In this document: positions 63,657-64,000 of the stretch, piece by piece
How the letters are laid out: every line of letters starts with the position of its first letter
Position numbering within the stretch: position 1 is the stretch's first letter
Assembly (NCBI GenBank): GCA_964036045.1
Contig: OZ038379.1
Span: forward strand, 75,020,001 to 75,084,000
DNA: 64,000 bases
Source of the DNA: Eutreptiella sp. 'Long Island Sound 2002'
Lineage: Eukaryota > Protista > Euglenida
Direction of reading: 5' to 3'
Translations under genes and position numbers: made by a program
The notes under the pieces: generated by a model
What the model was told of the DNA's origin: nothing
The model's input: only the letters and a program-made list of their open reading frames with translations
Databases searched by the model: none

Positions 63657-64000
63657 ACCTCTAGACCTCCCCAATGACCTTTGGGGCCTCCATGAGCACT
63701 TTCTCGGACTCCCGGATGCGCACCGACCATAAGCCGGAGGGAGCGTAGGTGACCAGGTTGATGGCCCCATGGATCGCCGTCCACCGGAGTTGGAAATCCG
63801 GCACCTTGCCCCGCCGGCAGTGCTTGATGGACTTGCGCTGGTTGCACTTGAGGACACCCCTACGCCCTTCCACGCGATTGTCCAATTGCTCAAGCTGCCC
63901 GTCTAAAGCAGCACGCAAGTCCTCCATGGTGGCGAGGGACAAATCGGGGTCCAGCTGCCGGAGGTGCTGTAGCAGGGCAGTTGCTTCTCTGGAGGCAAGC

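Larger units (their letters stand above)
50560..64000 (-). mobile_element. LINE copy beta-2: module 50560-53700, body running past the window end, interrupted by a foldback element and an inversion
   Basis: Extension, knuckle, RNase H, thumb and RT motifs (RGLPQG, VYCDL, YLGLRL); sequence is continuous across 57931/61846. Confidence 0.9.

Overview
Eukaryotic, extremely repeat-rich genomic DNA; the organism cannot be determined from sequence alone. (1) Bases 1-5.3 kb are a block of four satellites, including a 72-bp unit built on a 48-bp hairpin. (2) Bases 5.3-12.4 kb hold decayed transposon-like remnants, a tRNA-derived SINE-like head and a recurring 22-bp palindrome. (3) Two GT-AG spliced exons of UPF2 (minus strand, 12483-13779) are the only host gene I can support. 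(4) From about 15.2 kb to the end, the window is an array of copies of one very large non-LTR retrotransposon family, almost all on the minus strand. The most complete copy (LINE-A, about 19.3-36.5 kb, inactivated) encodes, in order: P/A/E-rich region with a SIL1-N-terminus-like motif, CCCH zinc finger, Ulp1/C48-like cysteine protease, AP endonuclease, RT (YCDD), RNase H, CCHC knuckle, and a roughly 600-aa unexplained C-terminal extension with a C2C2 motif. That is about 13 kb of coding remnant once a nested insertion is removed, and this architecture is the best candidate for an undescribed system. Each copy carries a 3' module that appears to be an ancient antisense relic of the family's own 5' half. 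Nested insertions: a 3.8-kb TIR element with an 8-bp TSD that splits the endonuclease and itself contains an L1/Tx1-like fragment with a cellular-type RNase H1 and a tRNA-Cys-derived SINE; and a 3.9-kb foldback element made of three tandem ~820-bp palindromes. Rearrangements: a ~10-kb tandem duplication with reciprocal deletions, a 561-bp duplication and a ~590-bp inversion. All domain calls rest on motifs I recognised by eye; no database search was run.
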